A stretch of DNA of 64,000 nt, taken from Patescibacteria group bacterium (GTDB lineage Bacteria > Patescibacteriota > Patescibacteriia > JACRDY01). The stretch spans positions 103,659 to 167,658 of the forward strand of contig JBAZLA010000002.1 of NCBI GenBank assembly GCA_041650515.1, in the 5' to 3' direction. Under the pieces are notes generated by a model, which saw nothing but the letters and a program-made list of their open reading frames with translations, did no database searches and was not told the DNA's origin. The stretch's first letter is position 1. Each line of letters opens with the position of its first letter. The position numbers were made by a program, and so were the translations under genes. Of this stretch, positions 47,701 through 55,896 are shown piece after piece.

Positions 47701-50700
47701 CTGCCATTATTACAGAGGAAAAAATCTTGCCAACCATCATCGTTAAAGTCGGCGATAGTAATATCGTAGTTGGTATCGCCGCCAAGGCCACCTTGTTCGT
47801 AGTCAACCACATTGGAAAGATTAAAACTCAGACGAGTAGTCGAGATAATACCGGGGCTAGTAGTTAGAACATCCACATCGCCGTCCTGATTAAAATCAGC
47901 AAAATAGGCTTGGCTGGTCACCGGAAAACCTAAGGTAAGACTAGCATCAAGTAAGGTAAAACTACTAGCAAGACCTAGGCCTTTATAATTAGAATAAAAA
48001 TAAAAATTATTATTATCGCCGATCAAAAGATCAATACTTTCATCACCAGTATAGTCAGCGGCGGCAATTGTGGCAGCCGACAGCACAGTATGAATCAAAC
48101 TCGCCGGCGAAAAAGTGCCATCATTCTTGCCCAAATAAGTGTAAACTGCGTTGGAATCGTTGACTACTACATCTAGATCACCGTCACCATCCAGATCGGC
48201 CAGTAGAATATCTTGGGTGTTGCCAGTACCCAGGGCATTAGTCTCAATAAAATCATCATCCAAGGCAGTAGAGTTATTGATATAAATATGATTCTGTGGG
48301 CTAGCCCCATCATCACTACAGCCGACCACGACATCTAACCAGCCATCATCATTCATGTCGCCCAAAGCTAACCCTTGAATATAATCGTCATCATTTAGTG
48401 AAGTTGGGGAACCAAAAGTACCATTGCCATCAGCATTGTTGGAGATGACATATAAACCGCCGTCCGAACAACTAGCCACGAGGTCTAAATAACCGTCGTT
48501 ATTTAAATCCCCCACTTCTACTTGATCCTCAATACAACCCAAGTCAAAAGTATCGCCGGCAGTATAGCCATCATCGCCATTATTCTTAAGAAAAACTTGG
48601 TTTTCCAAAAGCCAATCATCACTATTGAGCGCAATTAAGTCAATATCGCCATCATTATCAAAATCGCCATAGCCAATATCTGAGGTGCCACCACATTGGC
48701 CAGGGTTACCAATGCCTTCGCCCGAATCAGGAAAACCACCATCGCCGTCATTACGAAAAATTTCGCAGCCACCTTGCTTGGCTAAAATTACATCAGTGTC
48801 TTGGTCTAGATCAGCGTCTAGTAGCACGGCCCGATTAACAATATCTGAACCGAATTCTTCTAAACTATTTTGAAAATAAGCCCCACCGCTCTCAGTCAAA
48901 GTACCGGGTAGACGGTAAAGATTATTTTTTAAATCAAAATTAGTCCCTAGACCGGTGGTGCCGCCGCCCGGGTACCAGTTGTTAGCCGTACTTTGAAGCG
49001 GCTGGTCGCCCGAAGTGGTCAAAAGTCTGGTTTCGCTATAGTCAGAATATTTGCCGGTCTTATCAACGGCGCGAACCCGCCACCAATAATTATTATTCGA
49101 GTTCAAAGTTAAATTGTCTGGCAAGGTAAAAGAAGCCGTTTCGTCGCTGTCGTAATAATTACTCTGTGACCAACCAGCTGGGTCTTTGGTTTGATCAAAA
49201 GTCAGGGTCGAGATGTAAAACTGTTGGTAGTTATTAGTGATTTCCAGAATATATTTAATACCATCGCCAGCATCAGTGCTGCTAAATTCAAAAGTGGGGT
49301 TGAGTGACACGCCGGTGGCCGAGTTGTCTGGTGAAATTAAAGTTGGGGTGCTGGGCGGTGCGCCATAGGTATACTCAATACTCAAACCACTCAGGCTGGG
49401 GGTAACTGTACCATCGGTGGTAATCAAGATTGCCCGCCAGCGCAGATCAGAGCCACTGTGAGTAAAGGTATGAACTTCTCCGGGCGTAGCCGCTTCCCAG
49501 TTACTGCCGCCGTCAGCGGATAAATAATAAGTGATGTCGGTATTAATTGGTTTATCTTCGTCAGTCAGGGTCAGGAGGGCAGCAGCAATAGTTTCATCAG
49601 TAGTATCAATAGTAATTGACTGGGCCAAACTGTTGGCGAAATATTGATTGCTATCATTCTTCTTGGTTAGGCTAACTTTATAGGGAGTGCCTAATCTGGC
49701 AAAACCAACATAATAATTATCAAGGTCATCCAGCAGTCCAACAGTAGCATAGTCGCTAGCTTCATATTCAAGTGTAATATTTTCATCGCCGGCGGTGGCG
49801 TCGTCACTTTGCACCCAGTTAGCGCCATTCCAGTGGGTAAAACAAACACTACCATAGCTGCTACCGCCGCTCCGGCCCATAAAAATCACCCAGGGGTTAT
49901 CTCCAGAGTCGAGATCTAAATTGGCAAAGTAACTACTGATAGCCGCAGGAACACAATTACTGTCCAAAGTGTCATAATCAGCTACCCCACCCATGCCAGT
50001 CCAGCTAGCTCCATCCCAGTGGGTAAAATAGACATGACCATTTTCTTGGGCAATAACATAAGGATAGTCATTAGTATCTAACTTTAATTGATGTTGTTGA
50101 ACCGAACCAGCCACTGCCAGGGCCGGTTCGTCACCAGCCACCTCGGCCATACTTTCCCACTCCGCTCCGTCCCATTTAGTAAAATAAACATCCTCAGTAT
50201 CGTCCTCATCAATAGTTTGAATCCAAGAAACAAAGGGATAGCCATTACTATCTACTTCTAAATGGGGAGCGGAAATAAAGTTAACATAAGTTGTGTTTAG
50301 ACCGTCATACCAATTTGGTCCAGCTGCCTCCATAGTTGTCCAGCTGCCCGTGACCGTGTCCCAACGACGGAAGATTGGATTAACATCGCAAGTAGCAGCG
50401 ATATATGGTATATCATTGTAGAGCTCAAGAGTGATGCCGTCGCATTCAACCATGCCGCCGGGTTTTAAAGTGTCATAGCCTGGGTCATCACCAGGCATCA
50501 TTGCCCATTCGGAACCATCCCAGCGAGCATGATAGATTTCTTGGTCACCATCAACATCATCAGTCCAAACCACATGGGGTTTGCCAGTCGAATCAATTTG
50601 TAGAGAATCTTCATTAGTTAAGACGACAGATCTATCAATAAATTCAGTAATATGATCCGGGTTATCGCCTGTTAAACCATCCCAAGAAGCATCAACCGAA

Positions 50701-51269
50701 TCCCAATAAACAAAAAAGGCATTAGATTCATGCTCTCCATATAGCGAGGTATCATTCCAATAGATGTAAGGGATGTCATTGATCCCATCATTATATATTT
50801 TTAAATAAGGACGGCCGTAAGTAGCAGCACCATGACCAGTCACTTCTTCCGGGTCTGCCCCGCCCATACCTACCCAATCATCCACGCCATTCCAACGGGC
50901 AAAATAAATACCCGCATCGGGTTGAACCCACACCACCCAAGGGTTGCCATCACTGTCTAGGGCCACGTCATAAGGACCAATATGGTTTTCAGCTGGATTA
51001 CTGATAGTGTCATAACCGCCCACCGTGCCAACCATACCTGACCAGTAGCTTTCCGGAGCTTGTATCATGCCAGCATCAGTATCCCAGTTGACCGTAGAGT
51101 TAGCGTCTCGATAGTCCGTAGTTGAAAAATCTTCACTAAAAGTTGAAGAGCCGCTACCCAAAGTATCGAGCGGCCAGTAGCTCAAACTGCAAGTTAAGAT
51201 CAAACCAAAAATAACCAGTGGAGTTATTAACCATTTGTTTTTCTGCGCTCTTTTAATTATTTTAGCCAT
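41706..51269 (-). CDS. Giant (3187 aa) surface protein: FG-GAP/VCBS-type repeats, three about 100-aa beta-sandwich repeats, DNDxDG Cys-rich repeats, five Myxococcus-type cysteine-rich repeats, C-terminal TM helices with CarboxypepD_reg-like domains
   Basis: Signal anchor; repeated DxDGDGDxD calcium-binding FG-GAP motifs; TSPNGGETLYVG...W repeats x3; CADGVDNDGDGxxDYPADPGC x8; CGNxxxExGEECDDGN...DGCSxxCQLE x5; YNSLSKQPVDLAIVRLY / VTKPNF carboxypeptidase-regulatory-like domains. Confidence 0.75.
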   Translation of the reverse strand: MAKIIKRAQKNKWLITPLVIFGLILTCSLSYWPLDTLGSGSSTFSEDFSTTDYRDANSTVNWDTDAGMIQAPESYWSGMVGTVGGYDTISNPAENHIGPYDVALDSDGNPWVVWVQPDAGIYFARWNGVDDWVGMGGADPEEVTGHGAATYGRPYLKIYNDGINDIPYIYWNDTSLYGEHESNAFFVYWDSVDASWDGLTGDNPDHITEFIDRSVVLTNEDSLQIDSTGKPHVVWTDDVDGDQEIYHARWDGSEWAMMPGDDPGYDTLKPGGMVECDGITLELYNDIPYIAATCDVNPIFRRWDTVTGSWTTMEAAGPNWYDGLNTTYVNFISAPHLEVDSNGYPFVSWIQTIDEDDTEDVYFTKWDGAEWESMAEVAGDEPALAVAGSVQQHQLKLDTNDYPYVIAQENGHVYFTHWDGASWTGMGGVADYDTLDSNCVPAAISSYFANLDLDSGDNPWVIFMGRSGGSSYGSVCFTHWNGANWVQSDDATAGDENITLEYEASDYATVGLLDDLDNYYVGFARLGTPYKVSLTKKNDSNQYFANSLAQSITIDTTDETIAAALLTLTDEDKPINTDITYYLSADGGSNWEAATPGEVHTFTHSGSDLRWRAILITTDGTVTPSLSGLSIEYTYGAPPSTPTLISPDNSATGVSLNPTFEFSSTDAGDGIKYILEITNNYQQFYISTLTFDQTKDPAGWSQSNYYDSDETASFTLPDNLTLNSNNNYWWRVRAVDKTGKYSDYSETRLLTTSGDQPLQSTANNWYPGGGTTGLGTNFDLKNNLYRLPGTLTESGGAYFQNSLEEFGSDIVNRAVLLDADLDQDTDVILAKQGGCEIFRNDGDGGFPDSGEGIGNPGQCGGTSDIGYGDFDNDGDIDLIALNSDDWLLENQVFLKNNGDDGYTAGDTFDLGCIEDQVEVGDLNNDGYLDLVASCSDGGLYVISNNADGNGTFGSPTSLNDDDYIQGLALGDMNDDGWLDVVVGCSDDGASPQNHIYINNSTALDDDFIETNALGTGNTQDILLADLDGDGDLDVVVNDSNAVYTYLGKNDGTFSPASLIHTVLSAATIAAADYTGDESIDLLIGDNNNFYFYSNYKGLGLASSFTLLDASLTLGFPVTSQAYFADFNQDGDVDVLTTSPGIISTTRLSFNLSNVVDYEQGGLGGDTNYDITIADFNDDGWQDFFLCNNGSQNLYLNNQDETFTTSSVDFSLGYPFCIASAAADVDGDGDQDLIVSHTDEGGAPPGDPNENILYLNDGAGNFTETLEFSTCNAYRIITTDINDDGTIDVLMPCRGDRDDGDYQDKMWLNDGTGNFTEYDRFHDNISHDMTSGDYDQDGDVDVITYSYNLGGWHLYLWWNNGDGSEPTFTQETLADTLHTDIISADIDGDGDLDLIHYGRYIFRNDGTGNFTQEDALGGAAEWAGCTSVSDIDGDGDVDVYVGATELQNHLYINNGTGHFTSMIAGSNGNTTNTASADFNNDGLMDLIEGNHGGTNYISWRRGNFPTDSGTTYAAISREVDGTDDTIYCAQLTEENIFEPVDTTIGYSIGTGEADGLPYSPVTIDNGLCINATDAGPELHLATYLLTTDSTITPAFKGALLTYETWGFEIAEPGGESDEEYQVGSSQDITWTNLGVGYPDQVALDYSDDWFATYTIIIDVWANAISPNSYSWTIPNDPGGNHLVRVCNTPRTVCAYPEHTFTITPGDVDFTVTDPNGGETLYVGESIDLQWSGGTDYENVALGWVAHFGAGWGAPDYIAEGTPNDGHYTWQVPAGAVSNDFQWGVLQWPAPFVDFDMSDTDIIVANHSLVITSPTEGQNFNTGDTLPITWTGNGPDNIGVVAVIDDENYVITASTPNDGSYDVPLGPGSPTSDNVQIRLCIDNAATCVYYAESGTFSFNSDGGDDEFTITSPNGGETLYVGQSVIFQWNSDGSFGDVSLAWVTSGADWGDDPNWMDDTLTEGTPDDGSYTWQVPVEAISDDFQWAVANYPAPISDYDMSDSSITVISHSLAITSPTEGQEYQSGDAFDVTWVGAGPDGLSIIISNNDFVDSTTLAQEQDNDGEWSAVLPGGIGPSDNYKIRLCVDGAATCTYYAESSAFSINVVDYDYSFTITSPNGEETLTVGDEVDFQWTTEGDDSPDSVYLVYCFTADCSGDDEPYFIADPGTGAPNTGSYTWTIPAEAESDTVWWAVADYPDANVVDFSDGSFAITSGGGHHPVCADGVDNDGDGLVDYPADPGCVDGNDGDEYNAPIIVPPIYQCSDEIDNDSDGKIDLTDPGCSSPTDNDENDSTPPPVYQCSDGLDNDLDGQIDLADPGCSSVIDDDETNPVTLPQCSDGVDNDGDGRIDYPADPGCSMASDSTELSQCADGLDNDLDGKIDLADPGCEGSWDDIETDSILNPPVVSGFSIINILALAPGYYDTGYGHYLDQVASIGNDDNSLDYRRVDFSANGLKDDGSHNILLTIYSDPFVFGFGPIVGPSWSFSGSLILPTGIHTIIAQVQNPITSLISSASAPLSFTIIGSYQCNDGVDNDGDGYRDYGIGDLADPDCNSWDDDSESGTAPAECADGLDNDGDTKIDYPADPGCSSAGDNDETDTVTPPPTAQCADGLDNDGDTKIDYPADPGCSSAGDNDETDIPVCGNNIKEGSEECDGADGLVSDYTCTASCQLQKITSTPFCGNNILESGEECDGTDGVISGYTCTVACQLQPITSTPFCGNSNLESGEECDDGNLNNGDGCSAACQLEGIIPPGQAVCGDNRREGSEECDGTDGVASGYTCTVSCQLQLITSNPICGNHILESGEQCDDGNLIDDDGCSNLCRFDGLLNINIAGQTGESFLATFAQQIKEAPGIKQIINSMPIRVLQTKVLNNPVVERDTRRIAAPVIITLSVVNVLAAASVIGFLPYLPYLFTEPLFFLFRKRRKTWGVVYNSLSKQPVDLAIVRLYKKDLAHPEFMGQLMGTKVTDRLGRYYFVTEPGTNYYLTVTKPNFIYPSKFTQGKEEDEVYVNLYHAESITTTPESNIINFNIPLDPNLPEQSDLAILHQHRFKKFQHAVAYLGPVLSLLSVIIYPTRLMISLLVVHLILFVLFHRLMIKPIMFSNPGQTRDRASQKPIKNTIIRVFDTQYNKLLGTEITNSLGQYCFLVSKGEYYLTASKPGYQKYQSAHLNLASQAEPVIREKIELEGESANLS

Positions 51270-51331
51270 GACTAATTAAAAAATATATAACAAAATAAAT
51301 TCGCTACTAACCAACTTTAGTAATTGCTTAT

Positions 51332-51340
51332 ATTATAACA
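51332..51340 (-). promoter_or_regulatory. Extended -10 promoter element TGTTATAAT upstream of the giant gene
   Basis: Minus-strand TGnTATAAT about 60 nt upstream of ATG at 51269; no clear -35. Confidence 0.4.
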
Positions 51341-51395
51341 TAAAAAGAGCCAAAAAATAACTCCTGACTCTTTCGGCTGTGGAAAAGAAATTGGT

Positions 51396-52619
51396 TTAAA
51401 TTAAGCCAAAAATTGACTCTAAATACTTACCCAAACCCAAGTCTGTTTTAGGCTCCAAATTTAGCGGTTGCTGGCTTGCTGAACTAATCACTTTTTGTAG
51501 ATCGCCACTATCTCCAGCAGTAAAAAGAAAACCATTAACTCCGTCTTGAATCATCTCTCCAATTCCCCCGATCGCCGCGCCAATCACCGGCAAACCGTAA
51601 CTTAGACTTTCACTAATCACTCGAGGCGAATTTTCATAACACAACGACGGCACGACCAAAAAATCAGCACCGAGCAATTTATCAGCTAATCCTTGGTGAT
51701 TAACCCAGCCACTAATCTTGAACCGAGGATTATTTCGCGTTAACTCTTTAACCTCATCCAGCGCTGTGCCATCACCAACAATATCTAGCTGCCAATCCTT
51801 ACCATCGGCTGATCCCAGACCTTTCAAAGTTTCAATCAAAAAAATGATGCCCTTAGCTTTTTGTATTTGACCGACATAAAGTAACCGCCAGCCGCTCCCC
51901 TGTTTTGGCGGTCTAATGATAACGGCTGGTAAATTGGGCAACGGGTTAGTCAAAACTATTTTTTTGGCTTTGGTAAAAAATTCTCTCTGTTGATAAAAAT
52001 CTAATAGCCATTTTGATGGTGATATAATCACCGACACCGAATTAAACAACCGCCGACAAACCAACTGATAAATTTTATTTAACCAACTGTCAGCTCGTTT
52101 TTCGTCGCCCTTGATTAATAAACCAGACGGCACCGCCAATTGAACATCATGCACGGTCTGAAAATATTTTTTAATCCCCGATTTTTTAATAGCTAACGGG
52201 ATTAAGTAGCCTAAACCTTTTAAATTATGCCCCAAAACTAAATCCGGTTGTTCATTCCTTAAAATTTCCTTAATTACAAAATAACTATGCCAGTTAAAAA
52301 TATCAATCAAATGCCACGGATAACGTAGCCACTTGGGCTGACGGTTAATATTAATAAAAGAAAATAAATTTAACGGATAGAAACGATAAACCTTGATCTC
52401 ATTGACGACTTCAATTTGGGGTTTTAAAGATTGCCGACCCCGCCACGGACCATTGGTAATGACAAAAACATCGTGGTTAAGGTTTTTTAAACCAGCCACA
52501 ATTGTTTCGGTCACCCGCTCAGCGCCACCCCGATTATATGGCGAGTATAAACTATTGAGAACGGCTATCTTCATAAATGGCGATAAACTTCGTCGATTCT
52601 TTTGGCGATGCTTTGCCAA
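51396..52619 (-). CDS. Glycosyltransferase family 4 (GT-B fold)
   Basis: C-terminal GT1/GT4 motif region (EGxxxxxxEAxxxGxPVI-like: ENSPRVISESLSYGLPVIGAAIGGIGEMI). Confidence 0.75.
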   Translation of the reverse strand: MAKHRQKNRRSLSPFMKIAVLNSLYSPYNRGGAERVTETIVAGLKNLNHDVFVITNGPWRGRQSLKPQIEVVNEIKVYRFYPLNLFSFININRQPKWLRYPWHLIDIFNWHSYFVIKEILRNEQPDLVLGHNLKGLGYLIPLAIKKSGIKKYFQTVHDVQLAVPSGLLIKGDEKRADSWLNKIYQLVCRRLFNSVSVIISPSKWLLDFYQQREFFTKAKKIVLTNPLPNLPAVIIRPPKQGSGWRLLYVGQIQKAKGIIFLIETLKGLGSADGKDWQLDIVGDGTALDEVKELTRNNPRFKISGWVNHQGLADKLLGADFLVVPSLCYENSPRVISESLSYGLPVIGAAIGGIGEMIQDGVNGFLFTAGDSGDLQKVISSASQQPLNLEPKTDLGLGKYLESIFGLI

Positions 52620-53710
52620 TTATATCTTTCTTTAACTTTAGCCAAACCCGCTTGACCAAAACGATCAGCCAACTCGGGATTATCTAAAATTTTCATAATT
52701 TTCTCTTTTAGATCTTCAACGTTTTGGGGCTCGGTTAACAGACCATTAACACCATCATCAACCACGCTGCGTACACCAGCCAAATTAGAAGCAATCACCG
52801 GCTTGCCGCAAGCCATCGCCTCCACTAGCACTAAACCAAAAGCTTCGGACTTATCAATTGATGGCAGAACAAACAGGTCGCTGAGATTATAATGTTTAAC
52901 CAAATCTTCATCATTCACATAACCAACAAAATTAACTTGATCACGGATATTAAAATCAACGGCGAGCTGCTCATAATCTTTCTTTAAATTACCTCGCCCA
53001 ACAACTAATAATTTGATATTCTGATCCTTAATTTGACTCAACACTTCAAGTAAAAAACTCAGACCCTTAAAATAGTGGGCTGAATCAAGCGCCGCCACGA
53101 ATAAAATCACTTTTTGTTCAGTAGTGATCTGATATTTTTCTAATAAATTTTTATCTTTGGCAGCTGGCTTAAATTGCTTTAGATCTACTCCCAGCGGAAT
53201 TTCGATAAATTTATCAGGATATTTATTAGCTAATTCTTTGATATTTGAACTTTGGATATAATCCGAAGAAGTAACTATCACTTTATCAGCCACCTTGATT
53301 ATTTGTGGTAATAAATATCGGCCATGCCAATAAAAATATCTTGCCAACAGTCCCTGGCCAACAACATCCATATGATAAGTCAGAACTAGCTTGGTATTCT
53401 TGGGTCGCAGTTTTTTCAGCCAATAGAGCGGCCAAGCCGTGCCAAAAAAAGGGCAATGGAGATGAATAATATCAAAATGGCGTAACTGCCATAATAATTG
53501 AGGCAAATAAGCCGCCTGGCCATGACTTAGCCAAGGCACAAAACTCTTGAGCTGAAAATTCATATAGGGCATCTCCCGCTCTTTATAGTGTGGCACCACG
53601 ACCGTAATCTTATGACCTAATTTAGCCAATTCTAAACTATAATGGAGGGCCACGTTGCCCATTCCACCTTTATAGGGCGGAAAACTGCAAACCACTTGAG
53701 CGATTTTCAT
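52571..53710 (-). CDS. Glycosyltransferase family 4
   Basis: N-terminal GGMGNVALHYSLELAKLGH, C-terminal EAFGLVLVEAMACGKPVIAS motif. Confidence 0.8.
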   Translation of the reverse strand: MKIAQVVCSFPPYKGGMGNVALHYSLELAKLGHKITVVVPHYKEREMPYMNFQLKSFVPWLSHGQAAYLPQLLWQLRHFDIIHLHCPFFGTAWPLYWLKKLRPKNTKLVLTYHMDVVGQGLLARYFYWHGRYLLPQIIKVADKVIVTSSDYIQSSNIKELANKYPDKFIEIPLGVDLKQFKPAAKDKNLLEKYQITTEQKVILFVAALDSAHYFKGLSFLLEVLSQIKDQNIKLLVVGRGNLKKDYEQLAVDFNIRDQVNFVGYVNDEDLVKHYNLSDLFVLPSIDKSEAFGLVLVEAMACGKPVIASNLAGVRSVVDDGVNGLLTEPQNVEDLKEKIMKILDNPELADRFGQAGLAKVKERYNWQSIAKRIDEVYRHL

Positions 53711-53719
53711 AAAGTTAAC

Positions 53720-54841
53720 TTACCAAAAAATCAGCCTTCTGACTACTTGCCAATATAGATTAAATATCGGATTAGCCACTTTAAGCGCTAAATTATTAAC
53801 CTCTTGAAATTTAATTTCCCCGGTTAAATATTTTACTATCTCCCTATCTTTAACCTGCCGCAGCTGAGAGATTTTCTTTTTGCGCCTAATTAAATATGAC
53901 CAGCTGCTCGGCTTTAAGAACCAACCATATACTCGCATTTTCTCAATCAAAAACCCTCGAAGTAAAGCAAAAAATAGCAAACCCAATTCCATTATTATTA
54001 AAGCTGGTAAAATTAAAATTCCAGTTGCTAGTTTATAATTAGTTAACAAACAAATAAACCGGTTATGTTCCATCCAATAATACTGCTGAATACTTTTACT
54101 AAATTGGTACTTGTGGTAAACCACCGATAACGGCGCCAAGTAAATTTGATAACCAGCCAAACGCAGCCGCCAGCTTAGATCTAAGTCATCATGATACATC
54201 CAAAATTCTTCATCAAACAAGCCAACTTTATCTAAGGCTTCTTTTTTAAGCAAGACCGCCGCGCCGGAGAAATAAGTAATTTCGCTAGCCATCGGCTCGC
54301 CTCGCTTTCGCTCCGGCGAAGCGGACCATCGGCTCCTGCCCTGAGCGAAGCCGAAGGGATCGGCCATCGGCCATTTTTGATAACCACCAGCTGAATAACC
54401 AAAACCTAAATAATGCAAACTATTACCCACACTATTAATTTTCTCCTTCTCTGGCCAAAGCATCAACCGTGATTGAATCGCTCCCCAATTTGGCGCTTGG
54501 TCAGCAGTTCTAGTTAATTCGCTTAGCCAATTTTCTTCGACTACTGTATCCAAATTTAACAAAACGAAATATTCAAAACCTTGGGTGATTGCTCTTTTAA
54601 TACCATCGTTATTGCCCTTGCACCAACCGTCATTTTCTTTATTAGTGATCACCTCGGCCTCCGGCGCATTAGTGGCTAAATAGTTCACTGTCTTGGCGGT
54701 GGCCTCATTATCAACGATAAAAATTTTGGAAGTACCAATAAAATCTTGTCGCCGCAAGCTAGCTAAACAATCTGCCAAATATTGCTCAGCGTAATCACGG
54801 TAATTAACCAGAATAATTGCAACCTTATTTATCATAATCAA
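53720..54841 (-). CDS. Glycosyltransferase family 2 with in-frame GC-rich repeat insertion
   Basis: N-terminal VAIILVNYRD, DNEATA, DxD-like region; central PMADPFGFAQGRSRWSASPERKRGEPMAS encoded by GC-rich tandem repeat. Confidence 0.75.
   Translation of the reverse strand: MIMINKVAIILVNYRDYAEQYLADCLASLRRQDFIGTSKIFIVDNEATAKTVNYLATNAPEAEVITNKENDGWCKGNNDGIKRAITQGFEYFVLLNLDTVVEENWLSELTRTADQAPNWGAIQSRLMLWPEKEKINSVGNSLHYLGFGYSAGGYQKWPMADPFGFAQGRSRWSASPERKRGEPMASEITYFSGAAVLLKKEALDKVGLFDEEFWMYHDDLDLSWRLRLAGYQIYLAPLSVVYHKYQFSKSIQQYYWMEHNRFICLLTNYKLATGILILPALIIMELGLLFFALLRGFLIEKMRVYGWFLKPSSWSYLIRRKKKISQLRQVKDREIVKYLTGEIKFQEVNNLALKVANPIFNLYWQVVRRLIFW
54289..54374. repeat. GC-rich tandem repeat (about 37-bp unit x 2.3) inserted in-frame in GT2 gene
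   Basis: ccatcggctcgcctcgctttcgctccggcgaagcgga / ccatcggctcctgccctgagcgaagccgaagggatcgg / ccatcggccat; about 65% GC inside a 38% GC gene. Confidence 0.7.
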
Positions 54842-54850
54842 AAAAAGGAG

Positions 54851-55231
54851 TTATTCCAATTTGTTTTCTTGCCCTTCGACTCCGCTTAGGGCAGGTTTTA
54901 TTGCTTTCTTGTTTTCTTGATCAAGCGCCACATGACGAGTAATTTTAGTTATCTGATGCTCAAGCCGCTCTAGCCGAACCAAGATTCTAAAAACCAAATA
55001 AAACAAAGCTAAAACTGAAATATAAACCAATAGATCAGCGCCCCGGCTCACCCCAACTTGAGCCGCCAAGAGATCAGTTGTCTGGGGCAAAACTACCGCC
55101 ACGCCAACTAATAACCAAAAGACTAACCAAGTTATCAACTCTTTGACCGTGATCTCTCGACGATAGAAACGGCTGATCACTCGATAAACAACGAACAGGA
55201 TAAAAACGATGAGAAATAATTTAATCAACAT
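54851..55231 (-). CDS. DUF2304-like small membrane protein (glycosyltransferase-associated)
   Basis: Three TM helices plus C-terminal coiled tail; conserved position beside GT2 in such clusters. Confidence 0.55.
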   Translation of the reverse strand: MLIKLFLIVFILFVVYRVISRFYRREITVKELITWLVFWLLVGVAVVLPQTTDLLAAQVGVSRGADLLVYISVLALFYLVFRILVRLERLEHQITKITRHVALDQENKKAIKPALSGVEGQENKLE

Positions 55232-55232
55232 A

Positions 55233-55892
55233 TTATTTTAATATCTTCTTAAGAATTAAATCTTTTAAAATTTTCCAGCCGGCCCCAAACCCTTGGCCAT
55301 ACCGATGGTAAATAATATCCACCGGCACTTCTTGATACCGCAGCCGATTTTTTCTCACCTGGGCCAAAATCTCCGAAGCATGAGCCATCTCATCATGAGT
55401 AATATTAATCAGTCGGGCGGCCTTAGCCGATAGCGCTCGCAGACCATTATGAGCATCAGACAACTTAACACCAGTAAATAACCAATTAAACAAAATCGCC
55501 GGTTTAAGAATCAACCATTTTTTAGTCCAAGGTACTCGGCTATTACCCAAAAAGCGTGAACCAAAAACTATATCGGCTCTACCTTCGACAATCGGTTCTA
55601 TTAATCTAGCGATTTCCGCTACTTGATGCTGACCATCCGCATCAAAATGAATAATAATATCAGCACCATTTTTTAAAGCGTACTCATCACCAGTCTGCAG
55701 TGCCGCCCCTTGGCCACGATTAATCAAATGGTTTAAAACCACCAATCCCCGGCCGGCAGCAACTTGAGTGGTATTATCTACCGAACCGTCATCGACAACT
55801 ACTACATTTTGATATTGATTTTTGAGTTGATCTAAACTATTGCCTAGTCGTGATTCTTCATTCCAAGCCGGCACAACAACAAAAATTTTCAT
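55233..55892 (-). CDS. Glycosyltransferase family 2 (polyprenyl-phosphate sugar transferase-like)
   Basis: KIFVVVPAWNEE, VVVDDGSVDNT, HFDADGQH (DxD) motifs. Confidence 0.85.
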   Translation of the reverse strand: MKIFVVVPAWNEESRLGNSLDQLKNQYQNVVVVDDGSVDNTTQVAAGRGLVVLNHLINRGQGAALQTGDEYALKNGADIIIHFDADGQHQVAEIARLIEPIVEGRADIVFGSRFLGNSRVPWTKKWLILKPAILFNWLFTGVKLSDAHNGLRALSAKAARLINITHDEMAHASEILAQVRKNRLRYQEVPVDIIYHRYGQGFGAGWKILKDLILKKILK

Positions 55893-55896
55893 AAAT

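Noticed and set aside
43307-48873. Multiple 60-107-aa antisense ORFs within the 3187-aa gene
   Set aside because: Shadow ORFs generated by repetitive Asp/Gly-rich coding sequence; no independent signals
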